Part shown: positions 50,480 through 64,000 of the stretch, piece by piece
Layout of the letters: every line of letters starts with the position of its first letter
Position numbering within the stretch: position 1 is the stretch's first letter
Source: Octopus sinensis
Taxonomy: Eukaryota
Assembly (NCBI RefSeq): GCF_006345805.1
Contig: NC_043007.1
Coordinates: 11,904,001-11,968,000, forward strand
Direction of reading: 5' to 3'
Length of the DNA stretch: 64,000 bases
Notes under the pieces: generated by a model
The model's input: the letters and a program-made list of their open reading frames with translations, nothing else
What the model was told of the DNA's origin: nothing
Database searches by the model: none
Position numbers and translations under genes: made by a program

Positions 50480-50894
50480 CTTTACTCTTTTTACTCTTTT
50501 ACTTGTTTCAGTCATTTCACTGCGGCCATGCTGGAGCACTGCCTTTAATCGAGCAACTCGACCCCAGGACTTATTCTTTTGTAAGCCCAGTACTTATTCT
50601 ATCGGTCTCTTTTTGCCGAACCGCTAAGTGACGGGGACATAAACACATAAGCATCGGTTATCAAGCAATGCTAGGGGGACAAACACAGACACACAAACAC
50701 ACACACATACACACATATATACATATATTACGACAGGCTTCTTTCAGTTTCCGTCTACCAAATCCACTCACAAGGCTTTGGTCGGCCCAAGGCTATAGTA
50801 GAAGACACTTGCCCAAGATGCCACGCAGTGGGACTGAACCCAGAACCATGTGGTTGGTTAGCAAGCTACTTACCACACAGCCACTCCTGCGCCT
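50480..50894 (-). mobile_element. SINE family A
   Basis: Full-length reverse copy. Confidence 0.92.
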
Positions 50895-51339
50895 ATGTCT
50901 GTTTATTATTATTATTATTTTTAAAATTCACAGAAAGATACAAACCCTCGTGATGTGCTGCATCCTAGTGAAGTGCCAAACAAATGACATTCCTGTTGTC
51001 TTAGTCGCATCACCTTACGTTCTGTGTTTGAATCCTGCCAAGGTAGAGACTTTGATATTTTTTTTCCTTTTTATTCTTTCTATGATCAATAGATGCAGGT
51101 GTGGCGATGGGGTTAAAGAGATTGCTTCCTGACCACGTGATTTCAGGTTCAATCCCACTGAGTGGTACCTTGGCCAAGTGTCTTTCACTATATCTGTGGA
51201 TCAACCAAATCTTTGTGCCTCGTGAGTGGATCTGGTAAGTGGAAACTAAAAAAGCTTGTTACACACACACACACACACACGCCTGTTATTGTTATTATTA
51301 TTATTATCATTGTTTTTACGTATTATTTTTGTATTCATA

Positions 51340-51570
51340 TTCGTGTAACATCGTCCGTTTTTCCGTCCTTGCTTTGTATACATTCGAAGCATTTTTCCAA
51401 GGAATCTAATGCGCTTAGCTTAGTTTTTCCTTGGGGCTGGCCAGATTGGAGCAATCTCAAGATTAATCAGCCGAAATTGCGAGGATGATCCGGTTCTTGA
51501 CTGAAGATTGAAGGCTTCGAATGTCCCGTCCGTGTTTTTTGTATCGTCTTCTAAATGTTTTGTGTTCTTG
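51340..51570. repeat. Unclassified structured interspersed repeat, copy 2
   Basis: Homologous to 16685-16880. Confidence 0.75.
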
Positions 51571-51605
51571 TCTCAGTTTGTATTTATATATATATATACA
51601 CACAT

Positions 51606-51651
<46 letters not shown>

Positions 51652-51654
<3 letters not shown>

Positions 51655-52810
51655 GCTGAGTAAAAATTAAGCAACATTTTGAAATGTGAAATTCATGACA
51701 ATATATTTCAACAATGCAGAAATTTTATTCATCAAAGTAAGTACCATTACAATCAATACATTTTTGCTAACGAGTTACAAGTTTGTTTATTCCGGTAACA
51801 TAAAAATCTGGTGTTCTGGAGCTGATGAACTCTTTGAACACACTTTCAGCATCGGTTTCATTTTTGAACTCTTTCTCTCACAGGAAACCGTCAGGGTGCT
51901 TGAAAAAGTGGTAGTCGGTAGGAAAAAGGTCCGGGGAATAAGCTGGATGGGGAAGAACTTCGTAACAAAGTTCCCTAAACTTCTGAAGCACCATTAGGGA
52001 AATGTGTGGCCAAGCATTGTCATAAAGACTGATTGGCTCTCTTCTGTTGACCAGTTGGGATGGAGGAATAGCAGTTTTTCCTTCATTTTGGCAATTTCAA
52101 AGCAATATGATTCTGCAGTAATGGTTTTTCCAGGTTTTAAGAAGTTATAGTGGAGGAATCCAGTAGTACACCACCAAACAGTCACCATAACTTACTTTTT
52201 GAAGAGCCCGGGTTTATCGAAAGCTTTCAGTGCTTCATTTTGGTCCAACCACTGTGAAGAATGCTTTTTATTATTGTACTGAATCCACTTTTCATCACAA
52301 GTTACAATATGGTTGAGAAATGGATTGGTCTGGTTACAGAGAAGTGATGAGTAAATTTCATATCTGCACATTTTCTAATTTTCATTCAAATCGTGTGGTT
52401 ACTTATTTGGTAAGCTTTTTTTGATTATCCAATCACATGCAAATGGTTGCAGGTAGTTTTCTGGCTAACTTGAAGTTCTTTTGCCAGTTCTCGGGTGGTT
52501 TTACGTGGATCTTTCTCAATGATGATCTTTAATTGACTGTCATTGATCACAGATGGGTGTCCACTATGCTCAAGATCTTCAAGGCCCAAATGCATCAATA
52601 AATTAACATTAATATTCTTTTCATCGTTGTTACAATCATATGAAATGGAACTGACAAAGCATGATATTCAAGCAATTTTGCTATGCAACTTCAAAAAAAG
52701 GATGTAAAGCAGCTGAAACTGATCACGATATTAAGGAAACATTTGGTAAGGAAATGACCAGTGAGTGGTCAGCTTGAAAATATTTTAAACAATTTTGCAG
52801 GGGAGACATT
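51652..52810 (-). mobile_element. Degenerate mariner with its 5' portion inverted
   Basis: Minus 51652-52592 encodes HLGLEDLEHSGHPS..RELAKELQVS..MVTVWW..LKPGKTITAESYC. Plus 52645-52807 encodes MELTKHDIQAILL..FKQFCRGD. One TIR only (CAGGCTGAGTAAAAATTAAGCAAC). Confidence 0.88.
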
Positions 52811-54010
52811 CGATGGGAATGTTTAAATTTAAAGAAAAACGAGTCCGATAATTTTGTAACATATGCCGGTATGGTTAATAAGGCTTGCGAAATGTTTAAG
52901 CTGGAAGAATTAACGCCAAATATGTTCAAGTACCTAATATTCGTTAAACGGCTAGTGACAAAGGAAGATGCGGAAATTAGAAAAAGAATTTTATCAAAAT
53001 TGAATCAAGATGTGAAACTCATTTGCAGAATGTGGCTGAGGAATGTCAACAAATAACAGACCGCCAAGATGATACAAGAAAGACAGAAGACAAGAATAAT
53101 AATGTACAAATGTGTAAAGAAAGTACAGAAAGAAGGAAAAATTTAAATTCAAAACGGTGTTATGGTTGCAGAGATCGACATTTGAGGAAAGATTGCCACT
53201 TTAAAGATAAAACCTGTTTTATCTTTATCGTTCTATTTCTGACAAATGGTTGCCGAGCAGGAAACAGAGAATAGGAAATTCGGAAAGACAAACGAATTTT
53301 TTTATTACAAGTGACAAAGAGTATTTTAGAATATATAGTAACAGAAAACAGGATAGGGAACAAGGAAGTATAACTGGATGTCTGGGTAACGTGATGTACA
53401 TGGTAAAAGGACCAAAATATGAACACAGAAGGCATTTAAACCAATTAAAAAAAAAAATATGCCAAAAACCAAGAGAGGCGGGAAGAACCAATGGATTTAT
53501 GGTATGATTTGTTCCAGGTCCCAGAACCACAAGCAAAAGTGTTCGAGGACCCAGAACCACAAGCAAAAGCAGAACCAACATGTAGGTCGAACAGGAAGAG
53601 AAAACCTACAGAAATTATGGAAATTAACACTAAGAGAAAAAGATATGCCGGTTTCTCACTGAGGAAATAAAATTGATAAATTCGGGTTTTAAAAACTCAA
53701 AAGGTAGAGGTGCTGTGTGGACGCCCCAGACGATGAAATAGGCTAGCCTAATATGTAAATATAGAGGGAGAAGTCTAAACATGAGAGAAGACTAGAGAGG
53801 AGTCGAGTTGAGTAGAAGGCATCCGAACGTACGACATAACAGAGAGCAAATTCAATCAACTGTCCACTAGCGAAAATTCGATCAACTGTCCACTGGTGTA
53901 ATTTCGATCAACTGTCTAGTTGTGCAAATTCGATCAACTGTCCACTCGTGAAAATTCGATCAACTGTCCACTCGTGAAAATTCGATCAACTGTCCACTGG
54001 TGTAAAACCA
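52808..54010 (+). mobile_element. Internally deleted Ty3/Gypsy-type retroelement with PPT and 3' LTR
   Basis: Gag-like RWECLNLKKNESDNFVTYAGMVN..IRKRILSKL, knuckle CYGC..H...DC, integrase tail GNVMYMV..RHLNQL; purine run AAAAGGTAGAGG then TG at 53711. The LTR end is uncertain. Confidence 0.8.
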
Positions 54011-54189
54011 AGTTCAGGGGAGTGTTGCCTGGGAAAACATGGTCTTGGTACCAATGAATATAATCTGATTACATCAACCCCAGTGTTCAGCTGGTATTTA
54101 TTCTATTAACCTTGAAAGGATGGAAGGTAAAGCTAACCTAGGCAGAATTTGAACCCAGAACATAAAAACAGACAAAATGCTGCTAGGCA

Positions 54190-54553
54190 TAGGAGTGGCT
54201 GTGTGGTAAGTAGCTTGCTTACGAACCACATGGTTCCAGGTTCAGTCCCACTGCGTGGCACCTTGGGCAAGTGTCTTCTACTATAGTCTCAGGCTGACCA
54301 AAGCCTTGTGAGTGGATATGGTAGACAGAAAGGTATATATATATATGTGTGTGTGTATGTTTGTATGTCTGTGTTTGTCCTCCCAACTTCGCTTGACAAC
54401 TGATGCTGGTAATTTACATCCCCGTAACTTAGCGGTTTGGCAAAAGAGACCAAAAGAATAAGTATTAGGTTTACAAAGAATAAGTCCTGGGGTTGATTTG
54501 CTTAACTAAAAGCCAGCATGGCCACAGTCAAATGACTGAAACAAGTAAAAGAG
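54190..54553 (+). mobile_element. SINE family A nested in an antisense family D SINE
   Basis: Imperfect TSD TAGGCAT/TAAGCAT; the host resumes ttttgcccgatg at about 54560. Confidence 0.85.
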
Positions 54554-55084
54554 TAAGCATTTTGCCCGATGTATTAACAATTCTCCCAGCTCAACGCTTT
54601 TAAATAATTAGTAAATTATTGCCAAGAATAAACGAAGACCAAATAATACACCTATTTAAATAGTAAAATAGAAGTAAATATTTCTTGTAAAACCTAAGTA
54701 AAAAGACCTTCTTCAGTCATGACTGACCATAGGATTGCACCTAGAAAGTTCCCCCTCCAAGGCACAAGTCAGGGCAAGGTTGTTTATGGAAGACCAGCAG
54801 TCACCCATGCATACCAGCCTCCTTTCTCCATGCCACCAGTGTTATCCAAGGGAAAGGCAAAGGGGCCGATACAGCTTGGCACCAGGGACATCACAACTCA
54901 TTTCTACAGCTGAGTGAACTGGAGCAATATGAAATAAAGTGTCTTGCTCAAGGACCCAATACAGCCCTGTCTTGGAATTGAACTTACAAACACATGATTG
55001 TGAGCCTGACACTCTAACCACCCTCACACTACTACCACATCACTATCACGCGCCATACGCGACCACTACTATTACTAATATCAT

Positions 55085-55438
55085 CACCACTACTGCCACG
55101 ACCAGTGCACCACCACCGCCGCCGCCGCCGCCGCCACTACCGCTACCACCACCACCACCACTACCACCGCGACCACCACCACTACCACCACCACCACCAC
55201 TACCACCGCCACTGCTGCCACTACCACCACCCCCACCACCACTGTCACCACGACCACCATCACCACGACCACCATCGCCACCACTACCGCAATTACTCTC
55301 CCACCTCACCACCGCTGTCATCACACAGTTAATACCGTACCACCATACTGCAGCCTTTACCATGACAACCGCTCTCACACCGTAATCACATCACTATAGA
55401 AATTAATGATTATCACACCTACTTCATGACCAGCACAC

Positions 55439-55481
<43 letters not shown>

Positions 55482-55560
55482 TACTACTACTACTACTGCT
55501 ACTACTACTACTCCTGCTGCTGCTGCTGTTTCCACCACCGCTATTGTTGTTGCTGCTGCT
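55085..55560. repeat. (CCA/CCG)n followed by (CTA/CTG)n microsatellites
   Basis: Direct inspection. Confidence 0.9.
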
Positions 55561-56189
55561 GCTACTAAAAGCAACAATAGCACAACTGAAATGCCAAAAG
55601 TTTGAAAATTATTAAATCTGAAAACTTTTGTTGGTGTTTTTGCTGTCTGCGAAATTAGGACGTCATTAAATCTTCGTTAATTAAGTATACTTTCTTGCTA
55701 AAGCCGAGGTGTTTCAGACAACACGGAACAAACACCTGGGAGACAATAGCGATTCCTTTTTAATTAGACACAAGTCTTATAGTTCACCGCTGCTGCTGCT
55801 GCTGTTGAAGTTGGGGAGGGTCTGGTGTAGAGAGGTAATTAATTTCATCTTGCTGGATTAGTGTAAGTATTGTAGCCTAGTGGTTAAGATGTTCAGCTCA
55901 TGACCAAGAGAGCAAGAGGTTTCAATTCCTGGACTGGGTGATATGTTGTGTCCTTAAGCATGGGATTTCATTTTTGTCACAGCTCTAAGTACATTACTTT
56001 TTAGCAATGAGCATCAGCTGGAGTGCTTGTGCAGTCCTCTCTCCTTCTTGGGTATTCCCCTGGATCATAGGTGAGAGTTTGGAGGGGGCCTGTGAGGGAC
56101 CTGTGAGGGGCTTGTGACAAATGTTTGTGCCTGCTCATGATTTCTGTGTCTGCTCAAGACTTACAAAGGCACCTCAAACAACTAGCAAA

Positions 56190-56597
56190 GCTGGCAGAAA
56201 CGTTAACACGTCGGGAAAAATGCTTAGAGGTAATATCATCTGCCGCTACGTTCTGAGTTCAAATCCCGCCGAGGTCGACTTAGCCTTTCATCCTTTCGGG
56301 GTCGATTAAATAAGTACCAGTTACGCACTGGGGTTGATGTAATCGACTTAATACCTATGTCTGTCCATGTTTGTCCCCTCTATGTTTAGCCCCTTGTGGG
56401 TAATAAAGAAATAGGTATTTCGTCTACCGCTACGTTCTGAGTTCAAATTCTGCCATGGTCGACTTTACCTTTCATCCTTTCAGGGGTCGATTAAATAAGT
56501 ACCAGCTATGCAGTGAGGTCGATGTAATCAACTTAATCCATTTGTCTGTCCTTTTTTGTCCTCTCTGTGTTTAGCCCCTTGTGGGTAGTAAAGAAAT
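56190..56597 (+). mobile_element. Two head-to-tail family D SINEs
   Basis: The second copy begins at about 56413, directly after aaagaaatag of the first. Confidence 0.88.
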
Positions 56598-56628
56598 AGG
56601 TATGTGGTACCAAGCTATGCTCACTCAC

Positions 56629-56659
56629 AAGTAATGGCTAGCTGTACCTTCTTATAATA
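56629..56659 (-). CDS. Candidate exon (YYKKVQLAIT)
   Basis: caattttttcctag| ... CTT|GTGAGT; 31 nt; one open frame; phase 0-1. Confidence 0.5.
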
Positions 56660-56944
56660 CTAGGAAAAAATTGATGGTCAGTTGAACAGGAAGGTCTTGG
56701 TGGAGGTGGTCACAATATAGGAGAGGTGAGTAAGTGAGTTGGAAGGGTTTTTGTGGAAGTGGTGCCAAACCAGCACTGGCAAAGCAACCCTTTAGCATTT
56801 AAACTGGATAAAGTATTCTACCTGTATTATGTTCAGACTGGCCAGATCCAATCTCTCACACCTACCCAGCAATGTCATTCTAAATTTTAATGACCACATC
56901 AAAATCCCCGGACTGCAAAATAGTGCATGTTTAATTCAAAACAA

Positions 56945-57790
56945 TGTGGTTAGGGTATTTGGCATATGGTCATAAGGTCAGGAGTTTGATTCCTGGTGAC
57001 ACATTGAGTCCTTGAGCAAGACACTTTATTTCACGTAGCTCCAGTGCACTCAGCTGGCAAAAATGAGTAGTACCTGTATTTCAAAGGGCCAGCCTTGTCA
57101 TATTCTGTATCTCACTGAATTTCCTTGAGAACTACATTAAAGGGTACATATGTGTTTCTGTGTTTCTATGTGGAGGCACATGGCTTAGTGGTTAGAGTGC
57201 CAGCATCATGATCATAAGATTGTGGTTTCGATTCCTGGACCAGGCGACGCATTGTGTTCTTGAGCAAAACACTTCATTTCACGTTGCTCCAGTCCACTCA
57301 GATGGCAAAAATGAGTAATAATGCGACGGACCGGCATCCCGTCCAGGTGGGGAATTTCTACGCCACTGAAAGCGGGAAACCGGCCCTTATGAGCCTGGCA
57401 TGGCTCGAGAAGGAACATTTATTGGTGGTGGTGCATGGCTTAGTGGTTAGAGTGTCAGCATTATGATCGTAAGATTGTGGTTGCGATTCCTGGACCGGGC
57501 AACGCGTTGTGTTCTTGAGCAAGACACTTCATTTCACGTTGCTCCAGTTCACTCAGCCGGCAAAAATGAGTAATGTTGTGATGGACTGGCATCCCGTCCA
57601 GGTGGGGAACACATATGCCATAGAAACTGGGAAACCAGACCCATGAGCCTGGCTAGGCTTTAAAAGGGCGCATTTATTTATTATTTCATGTGTCTATGGA
57701 GTGCTCAGTCACTCATACATTAATTTCATGAAGTGGCTGCTCTGTGGATTGAATCAACTAGAACCCTTATTGTTATAACTTATAGAGTGC
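56945..57790 (+). mobile_element. Head C/tail 4 SINE split by two tandem head C SINEs (57171-57420 tail 2; 57427-57687 tail 1)
   Basis: The host resumes atgtgtctatggagtgctcag at about 57688. Confidence 0.85.
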
Positions 57791-57911
57791 CAGTTAGAAT
57801 TTAGTTAGACATTTGACAGAGTAGTCTGAATACTAAAGAGTTAATTTCTTATCAAAGGCATTCCAGCCTTGACCATCTCATCATTCCAGACATAGCTATT
57901 GCAGTCATTAC

Positions 57912-57958
57912 CCAATGTATCCTTTTTTTTTTATTTGAGGGAGATTTGACAGTTATTT
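57912..57958 (-). CDS. Candidate exon (ITVKSPSNKKKRIHW)
   Basis: tttctatgtttttcctcatacttatag| ... TGG|GTAATG; 47 nt; phase 1-0. Confidence 0.4.
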
Positions 57959-59639
57959 CTATAAGTATGAGGAAAAACATAGAAATTGTCTCACTGGCTC
58001 GACTGGTCACTGTGGTATGTTGGTGTAGACTTCCTTGACAAGAATTCTCATTAGTGCTAATGACATTTCTGCTCATTACAGTTATAACTTCAATTGATTT
58101 TGCCTAGCTCGGAAGCTGCATGTTTTTTAAAGGTGTTTCCCTTTGACAAACTACTGCAACTACATGTGTCTAACAACATGCATACATTAAGTATGTGATG
58201 GTGTGACGTAAAAAGCACCCAGGCTGGTGCCATGTAAAAAGTACTGGTGCTGGTTCCATGTAAACAGCACTTGTATTGGTGCCATGTAAAAGATACTTGC
58301 GCTAGTGACCTGTAAAAAGCACTGGAGCTGGTGTCATAAAAAGCACCCAGTACACTCTGCAAGCTGTTTGACGTTAAGAAGGACATCCAGCTTTGAAACC
58401 ATGCCAAAACAAATTTAAAACCCTATGTGCAGCTCACTGACTTGACAGCTCTTGTCAAATTGTCCAACCCATGCCAGCATGGAAAATGGACATTAAATGA
58501 TGATGATGATGATGATGATGACGGTGATGACAACGACGACGACAACGACGATGATGATGATGGTGGTGATGATGGTGATAGTGTTTACATTACTGAGTTG
58601 CTTCTTATGCAAAGTTTGAATTTTGTTTTATTTGTGAGACACTTTTGCACATCAGTAAATAGATTTTGTGTTATTTGTATTCATTCTTCTAGTTGGCTGC
58701 TGCGACCAAACTTTTGTAAACAGAGGAGTATGTGTCACTGACGAACAGCAATAACTATGAAATATCAACATCTGTTGCTTTCATTCAATCCTGGCTCAAT
58801 TTTGTTTCACCCAACTCAGAAGTACACTGTGTATTTTAACACTTTTCATATCCTTTCGATGAAATACTGCAGCTTAGCAGCATTATAACAGCACACATAC
58901 ATAAAGTAAATAATTTTGATAATGCTCCCATAATAGTGCTGTTTACAACACAAAATTTGAATATATTTTTCGTTTACAGCTGCTGAGACCTCCCTTCGGT
59001 CATGACTGACCGTGGGATTGCACCTAGAAAGTTACCCTCCCAGGCACAAGTCTGGGCAAGGTTGTTTATGGAAGACCAGCAGTCAGCCATGCATACCGGC
59101 CTCCCCTCTCCATGCCACCAATGTTATCCAAGGCAAAGGCAAAGGCCGATGCGGCTTGGCACCTGTGAAGTCGCAACTCATTTCTACAGCTAAGTGAACT
59201 GGAGCAACGTGAAATAAAGTGCCTTGCTCAAGAACACAACACGTAGCCCGGTCCGAAATTGGAACTCACAACCTCACGATCATAAGCTCGAATGCTCTAA
59301 CCACTGAGCCATGCACCTTCACTTTCGTTTACAATATTGAATTAAATTAATTTACATGTTACTATATGTTCATCATGCTGAAAGGCATTCTTGGGAAATC
59401 TACCGTTTTAATCATTATGTTTATTTATCTACATATTTCTTAATATCCTCAGTGTATATACACCAAGATTTTAAATCTGTTTTTCTTTTTTCTTCAATGC
59501 TGGCATGGCTTCAATAGTTTGACAGTATCATGCTAAGTTTTGAAACAGTCTCTATGACTGGGTGTCCTTCCTAACACCAACCCTAAACAGCATTTACTAG
59601 TACACTTATTTTATCATACTCAGTTTAAATCATCGTCAT

Positions 59640-60090
59640 CGGCGTCATCATCATCATCATTTAACGTCCGTTCTCCATGCTAGCATGGGTTGGACGGTTC
59701 GACCGGGGATCTGGGAAGCCAGAAGGCTGCACCAGGCTCCAGTCTTATCTGGCAATGTTTCTACAGCTGGATGCCTTTCCTAACGCCAACCACTCCGTGA
59801 GTGTAGTGGGTGCTTTTTACGTGCCATCAATGTCATCTAATTTCCATTTTCCATGCTGGTATGGGTGAGACAATTTGACAGAAGCTGGCAAACCCGAGAG
59901 CTGCACCAGGCTCCACTTGTCAGTTTCGGCAAGATTTCTATGTTTGGGTGTCCTTCCTAATGCCAACCACTTGGTGTACAGTGTGCTTTTTACATGGCAC
60001 CAGTACAGGTGCTTTTCCTGTGGCACCAGTATGGGAATTTTTTATGTGGCACCAGCACAGATGCTTTTTACTTGGTGCATGGAGATGTAG
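59640..60090 (-). mobile_element. Family E element(s)
   Basis: (ATC)n-tttaacgtccgttctccatgctagcatggg.., followed by an older diverged copy. Confidence 0.8.
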
Positions 60091-60124
60091 AATTTAAATA
60101 ATCAGTTTAGCTATTCATTTTGTT

Positions 60125-60378
60125 GTTCTTTTAATCTTTTATTCTTTTATTTGTTTCAGTTATCTTGACTGTGGCCATACTGGAGCACCACCTTTAGTTG
60201 AAGAAATCGACTCTAGGACTCATTCTTTGTAAGCCTAGTACTTATTCTATCATTCTCTTTTGCTGAACTGCTAAGTTATGGGGGGTGTAAACATACCAAC
60301 ATTGGTTGTCAGGCGATGGTGGGAGCACAAACACAGACACGCAAACATACACACACACACACATACTCACACACATAC

Positions 60379-60411
<33 letters not shown>

Positions 60412-60623
60412 CATATAACAGAAGCACAATTAAAGGTTACAAATGTCATTCAGATATACATGTGATGGGCTTCTTTCAGTTTCCGTCTACCAAATCCACT
60501 CACAAGGCTTTGGTCAGTCTGAGGCTATAGTAGAAGACACTTGCCCAAGGTATCATGCAGTGGGACTGAATCCGGAACCATGTGGCTGGTAAGCAAGCTA
60601 CTTACCACACAGCCACTCCTATG
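60125..60623 (-). mobile_element. SINE family A
   Basis: Reverse copy with an expanded internal microsatellite. Confidence 0.88.
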
Positions 60624-61566
60624 CTTATATATTCAATGTAGATACGCAATTTGTTATATTTAGCTTCAATATCAATTAAATAAGCTGGCAAGCTGAGTGG
60701 ATTGTTAGTATGTCAGACTAAATGCTTCGCAGTTTTTCTTCTGATGCGTCATGTTCTGAGTTCAATTGCTGCTGTGGTTAACCTTGTCTTTCATTCTTTT
60801 GGGGTTGATAAAATAAGTACAAGTTGAGCACTTGGGTCTATTTAATCAGCGTAACCTCTTCTCTAAAATTGCTGTCCTGTGCTAAAATTTGAAAGCGTTA
60901 TATTGAAGTTATACATACATTTTCATTCATCAATTTCTGTGTTCAATTTTAATACTCATTATACACAGGTTAAATACACAGTTATAATACACAGCTTAAA
61001 TGTTAAACAATATCTTATGCTTAGACTTAAACCAATCTCCCTACCCCATCCCCCACCCCAAAAAAAAACAAAAACAAAAACACTAAAAAAAAAGAAAGAA
61101 AATTCAGAAGAAAAATGGGTGTCGGAATTCAGTTAATTAAACTGGTTAACTTTCTGTTAAGTTCTAGAGGCCATCACACTTACTTCTCTAAACCCATTAT
61201 ATTCTAGATTGCTGCTTTTGGCTATATTCCAGCTTTTCTACCCAACATTATTTCTCTTCTTTTCTAAGCTTGGTATTGTGAGAAACATATGAGAATGTTT
61301 ACACCTATGGTTTATTTTTTTTTTTCTGTTTAATGTTATGCTATTTTCTTGTTCTTTTTGTTTCTTTGTTTCTGTTTTTTTTACGCAAGTGATTCTGCGG
61401 CCCTTTTGTGGGTGTGTATCACCTTAAGCTAGAGATTAAATAGATAAACTGTGTTGTGAACACAATATGTTCCTAATATATATATTAGGAATTACATGTA
61501 TGTATGCTTGTATTTATGCATGTATGCATATATATAAATATGTACATGCATATACATGCATATATC

Positions 61567-61597
<31 letters not shown>

Positions 61598-61624
61598 TAC
61601 ATACATATATATATATATAAATAT

Positions 61625-61661
<37 letters not shown>

Positions 61662-61666
61662 AATAT

Positions 61667-61746
<80 letters not shown>

Positions 61747-61787
61747 CACCCATATATATGTGTGTGTGTAAATATCTATATCAATAT

Positions 61788-61830
<43 letters not shown>

Positions 61831-62777
61831 TTCATATGTACACATACATACACACACACATATATATATAATTATGCATGTTTTATATAAATGTGTGAGC
61901 ATGCAGAGTGTAGCATGTATATGTGTGTGTTTATATATATATATATATACACACACACATACACACAAACAGTGATTCTATACCAATGAAATTATTTTAG
62001 TTCATTTGGGGGAATCTGTATGCATGAGAATACATGCATAAAACAAAAATTACAAATCTGCACATTCACTTAGCCCAAATTCTTCACACATACACAGAAA
62101 TACAGGCAACGATACCCTGGTGATGTTGTTGAAATTCCAATGAAGAAGCCTTGGATCTAGGTTAGAAACCAGCTCTTTCTACATTGCCAAGAAATTTTGA
62201 AATAAACTAAATACATGCATATAAACATACATACATACACACACATACATACATGCATACATACATACATACATACATACATACACACACATACATACAT
62301 GCATGCATACATACATACATACACACATACATACATACAAAAATACTGTGTTGTTGATGTTGAAATTCGTATGTAGGAAACTTGAACCTAGGTTAGAAAC
62401 CAGCTCTTTCTCTTTTGGCAAGAAATTTTGAAATAAAACTGAACAATGACATACATGTGTGTGTGTGTGTGTGTGTGTGCGTGCATGCGCATGTGTGGTG
62501 TGTGTGTGTTTTCAATAACAGAGGTGGTGTCTATAGTTATTTTCCAGGGCAATTTTTCCTATAGATGCCCTTGTGTATTGTTTTAGCAATGACCTCACGC
62601 TGTAATGCAAATAGTACCTTGTTGACGTTTTTGGGAAGCTGCTGATAGCATGTGTTGTGTCCTCCACAGAAGAGTTACATAATCCAATTGCAGTTACATC
62701 TTGGGAGTTTAGGGTGTCACTGTCTTTGTTAGATATGTATATATACATACACATGTGTATGTGTGTTCATGTATGTA

Positions 62778-62823
<46 letters not shown>

Positions 62824-62900
62824 CATATATATACATATATGTATGTATATTTGTATGTATGTATGTGTGGGTGTGTATATATATGTATATGCATAAATAT

Positions 62901-62966
<66 letters not shown>

Positions 62967-62989
62967 GTATTATTATTATTATCATTATG

Positions 62990-63019
<30 letters not shown>

Positions 63020-63065
<46 letters not shown>

Positions 63066-64000
63066 TAGTAGTAGTTGGCTGTGTCTCATGTTTCTGAGCT
63101 TGCAATCCAGTTCATTTTCCTGGGTGTTTGAACTGCAGGTGGCTCCGCAATCCAAGGGTTGCATGAAACCTACAGGGACATTGTGGACAAGGGATGTAAG
63201 GTGCTGCTTTCTCTCCCATCTCTTGAACTCAGTTCTTGTGACTTGGGCTTTCTTGAAGTCCACAGAATCTGTTTTGATGGTGTGTCTCCAGAGGGGTCTG
63301 TTTGTCGAGATATTTTCCCAGTGTGCAGGGTCGGTGTTGGTGCTTTTCAGGGTTGATTTGAGTAGGTCCTTGTACCACCTCAAGGGGGCTCCATGAGGAC
63401 ATTTTCCTTCAGACAGTTCACCATAGAGACAGATCTTGGGAAGGTGATGTCCATTCATCCAACGGATGTGACCTGACCATTGGAGACAACGTTCAATGAT
63501 CAAGGCTTCAATGCCCAGGAGACCTTATCTTTCAAGCACAAAGTTGTTGGTGATGTGATCTTCCCAGTTCAAGACAGAGTAAAGTTTGGATCAATGGAAG
63601 TGCTCTAATTTCTTCATGTCCTTACGGTAAACAGTCCAGGTTTCACACCTGTACAGCAGAGTTGATACGACAACAGCCCAATAGACCATGAGCTTCGTTT
63701 TGAATGTCAGATCCTTGTTGCAAAAGACGCTGGTTTTGAGACGACCAAAAGAGGCATGACCTGATTGGATGCGATGTTCGATATCTTTACTAGATCTTGC
63801 AGTGGGTGACAGAAAACTTCCAAGATAGTAGAAGTCCTCGATGACCTCAATTGATGGTGATGTTAGGGTTATCAAGGTTGGTACAAGGAGCTGGTTGAGC
63901 GAGCACTTTGGTTTTGACGATGTTCACTTTCAGGCTGAAGGTTTCATAAGCTCTGCTGAAGTTGTTTGTTGAGGTTTGGAGGTCTTCTGCACTTGAAGCT
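63020..64000 (-). mobile_element. RTE/BovB-like LINE (third RTE family), degraded, continuing past the window end
   Basis: EVIEDFYYLGS..STLLYRCETWTVY..LQWSGHI..CLYGELSEG..LRSHLQFKHPGK*; (CTA)n tail at 63020-63075. Confidence 0.92.

Noticed and set aside
53848-54003. CRISPR-like 26-nt repeat array
   Set aside because: Units are contiguous with no unique spacers, lie inside an LTR, the DNA is eukaryotic, and there are no cas genes.
58730-58775. CTGACGA..GAAATATC hammerhead-like motif
   Set aside because: Stem II has a mismatch and stem I cannot pair; at most a dead remnant.
61185-61305. Strong minus donor GAA|GTAAGT as an upstream exon of the candidate gene
   Set aside because: All frames hit stops within about 55 nt, and I could not link it in phase to 57958. 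It might be a 5' UTR or start exon, but this is unsupported.

Overview
Eukaryotic, AT-rich, microsatellite- and SINE-saturated DNA. The SINE/LINE families look like those of octopus (inferred from recalled repeat sequences, not searched). The left end holds the last two coding exons of a UPF0764/C16orf89-like gene on + (1..193 and 7263..8095, phase-1 intron). Its protein has an unusual acidic stalk and a C-terminal transmembrane helix. A chain of small, phase-compatible exon candidates on - (about 57958 down to 11600) may encode an unidentified helical protein (tentative). The rest is transposon debris: several tRNA-derived SINE families, RTE, CR1-like and Penelope fragments, mariner/Tc1/pogo/piggyBac MITEs and a deleted Gypsy. 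The most notable signal is five hammerhead-ribozyme motifs from three unrelated sequence families within 17 kb. Two lie just downstream of the C16orf89-like stop codon and carry complementary defects; two are G3-C8 covariant motifs arranged back-to-back in a 284-bp palindrome; one is an antisense intronic minimal variant. No CRISPR array, rRNA or real tRNA gene was found.
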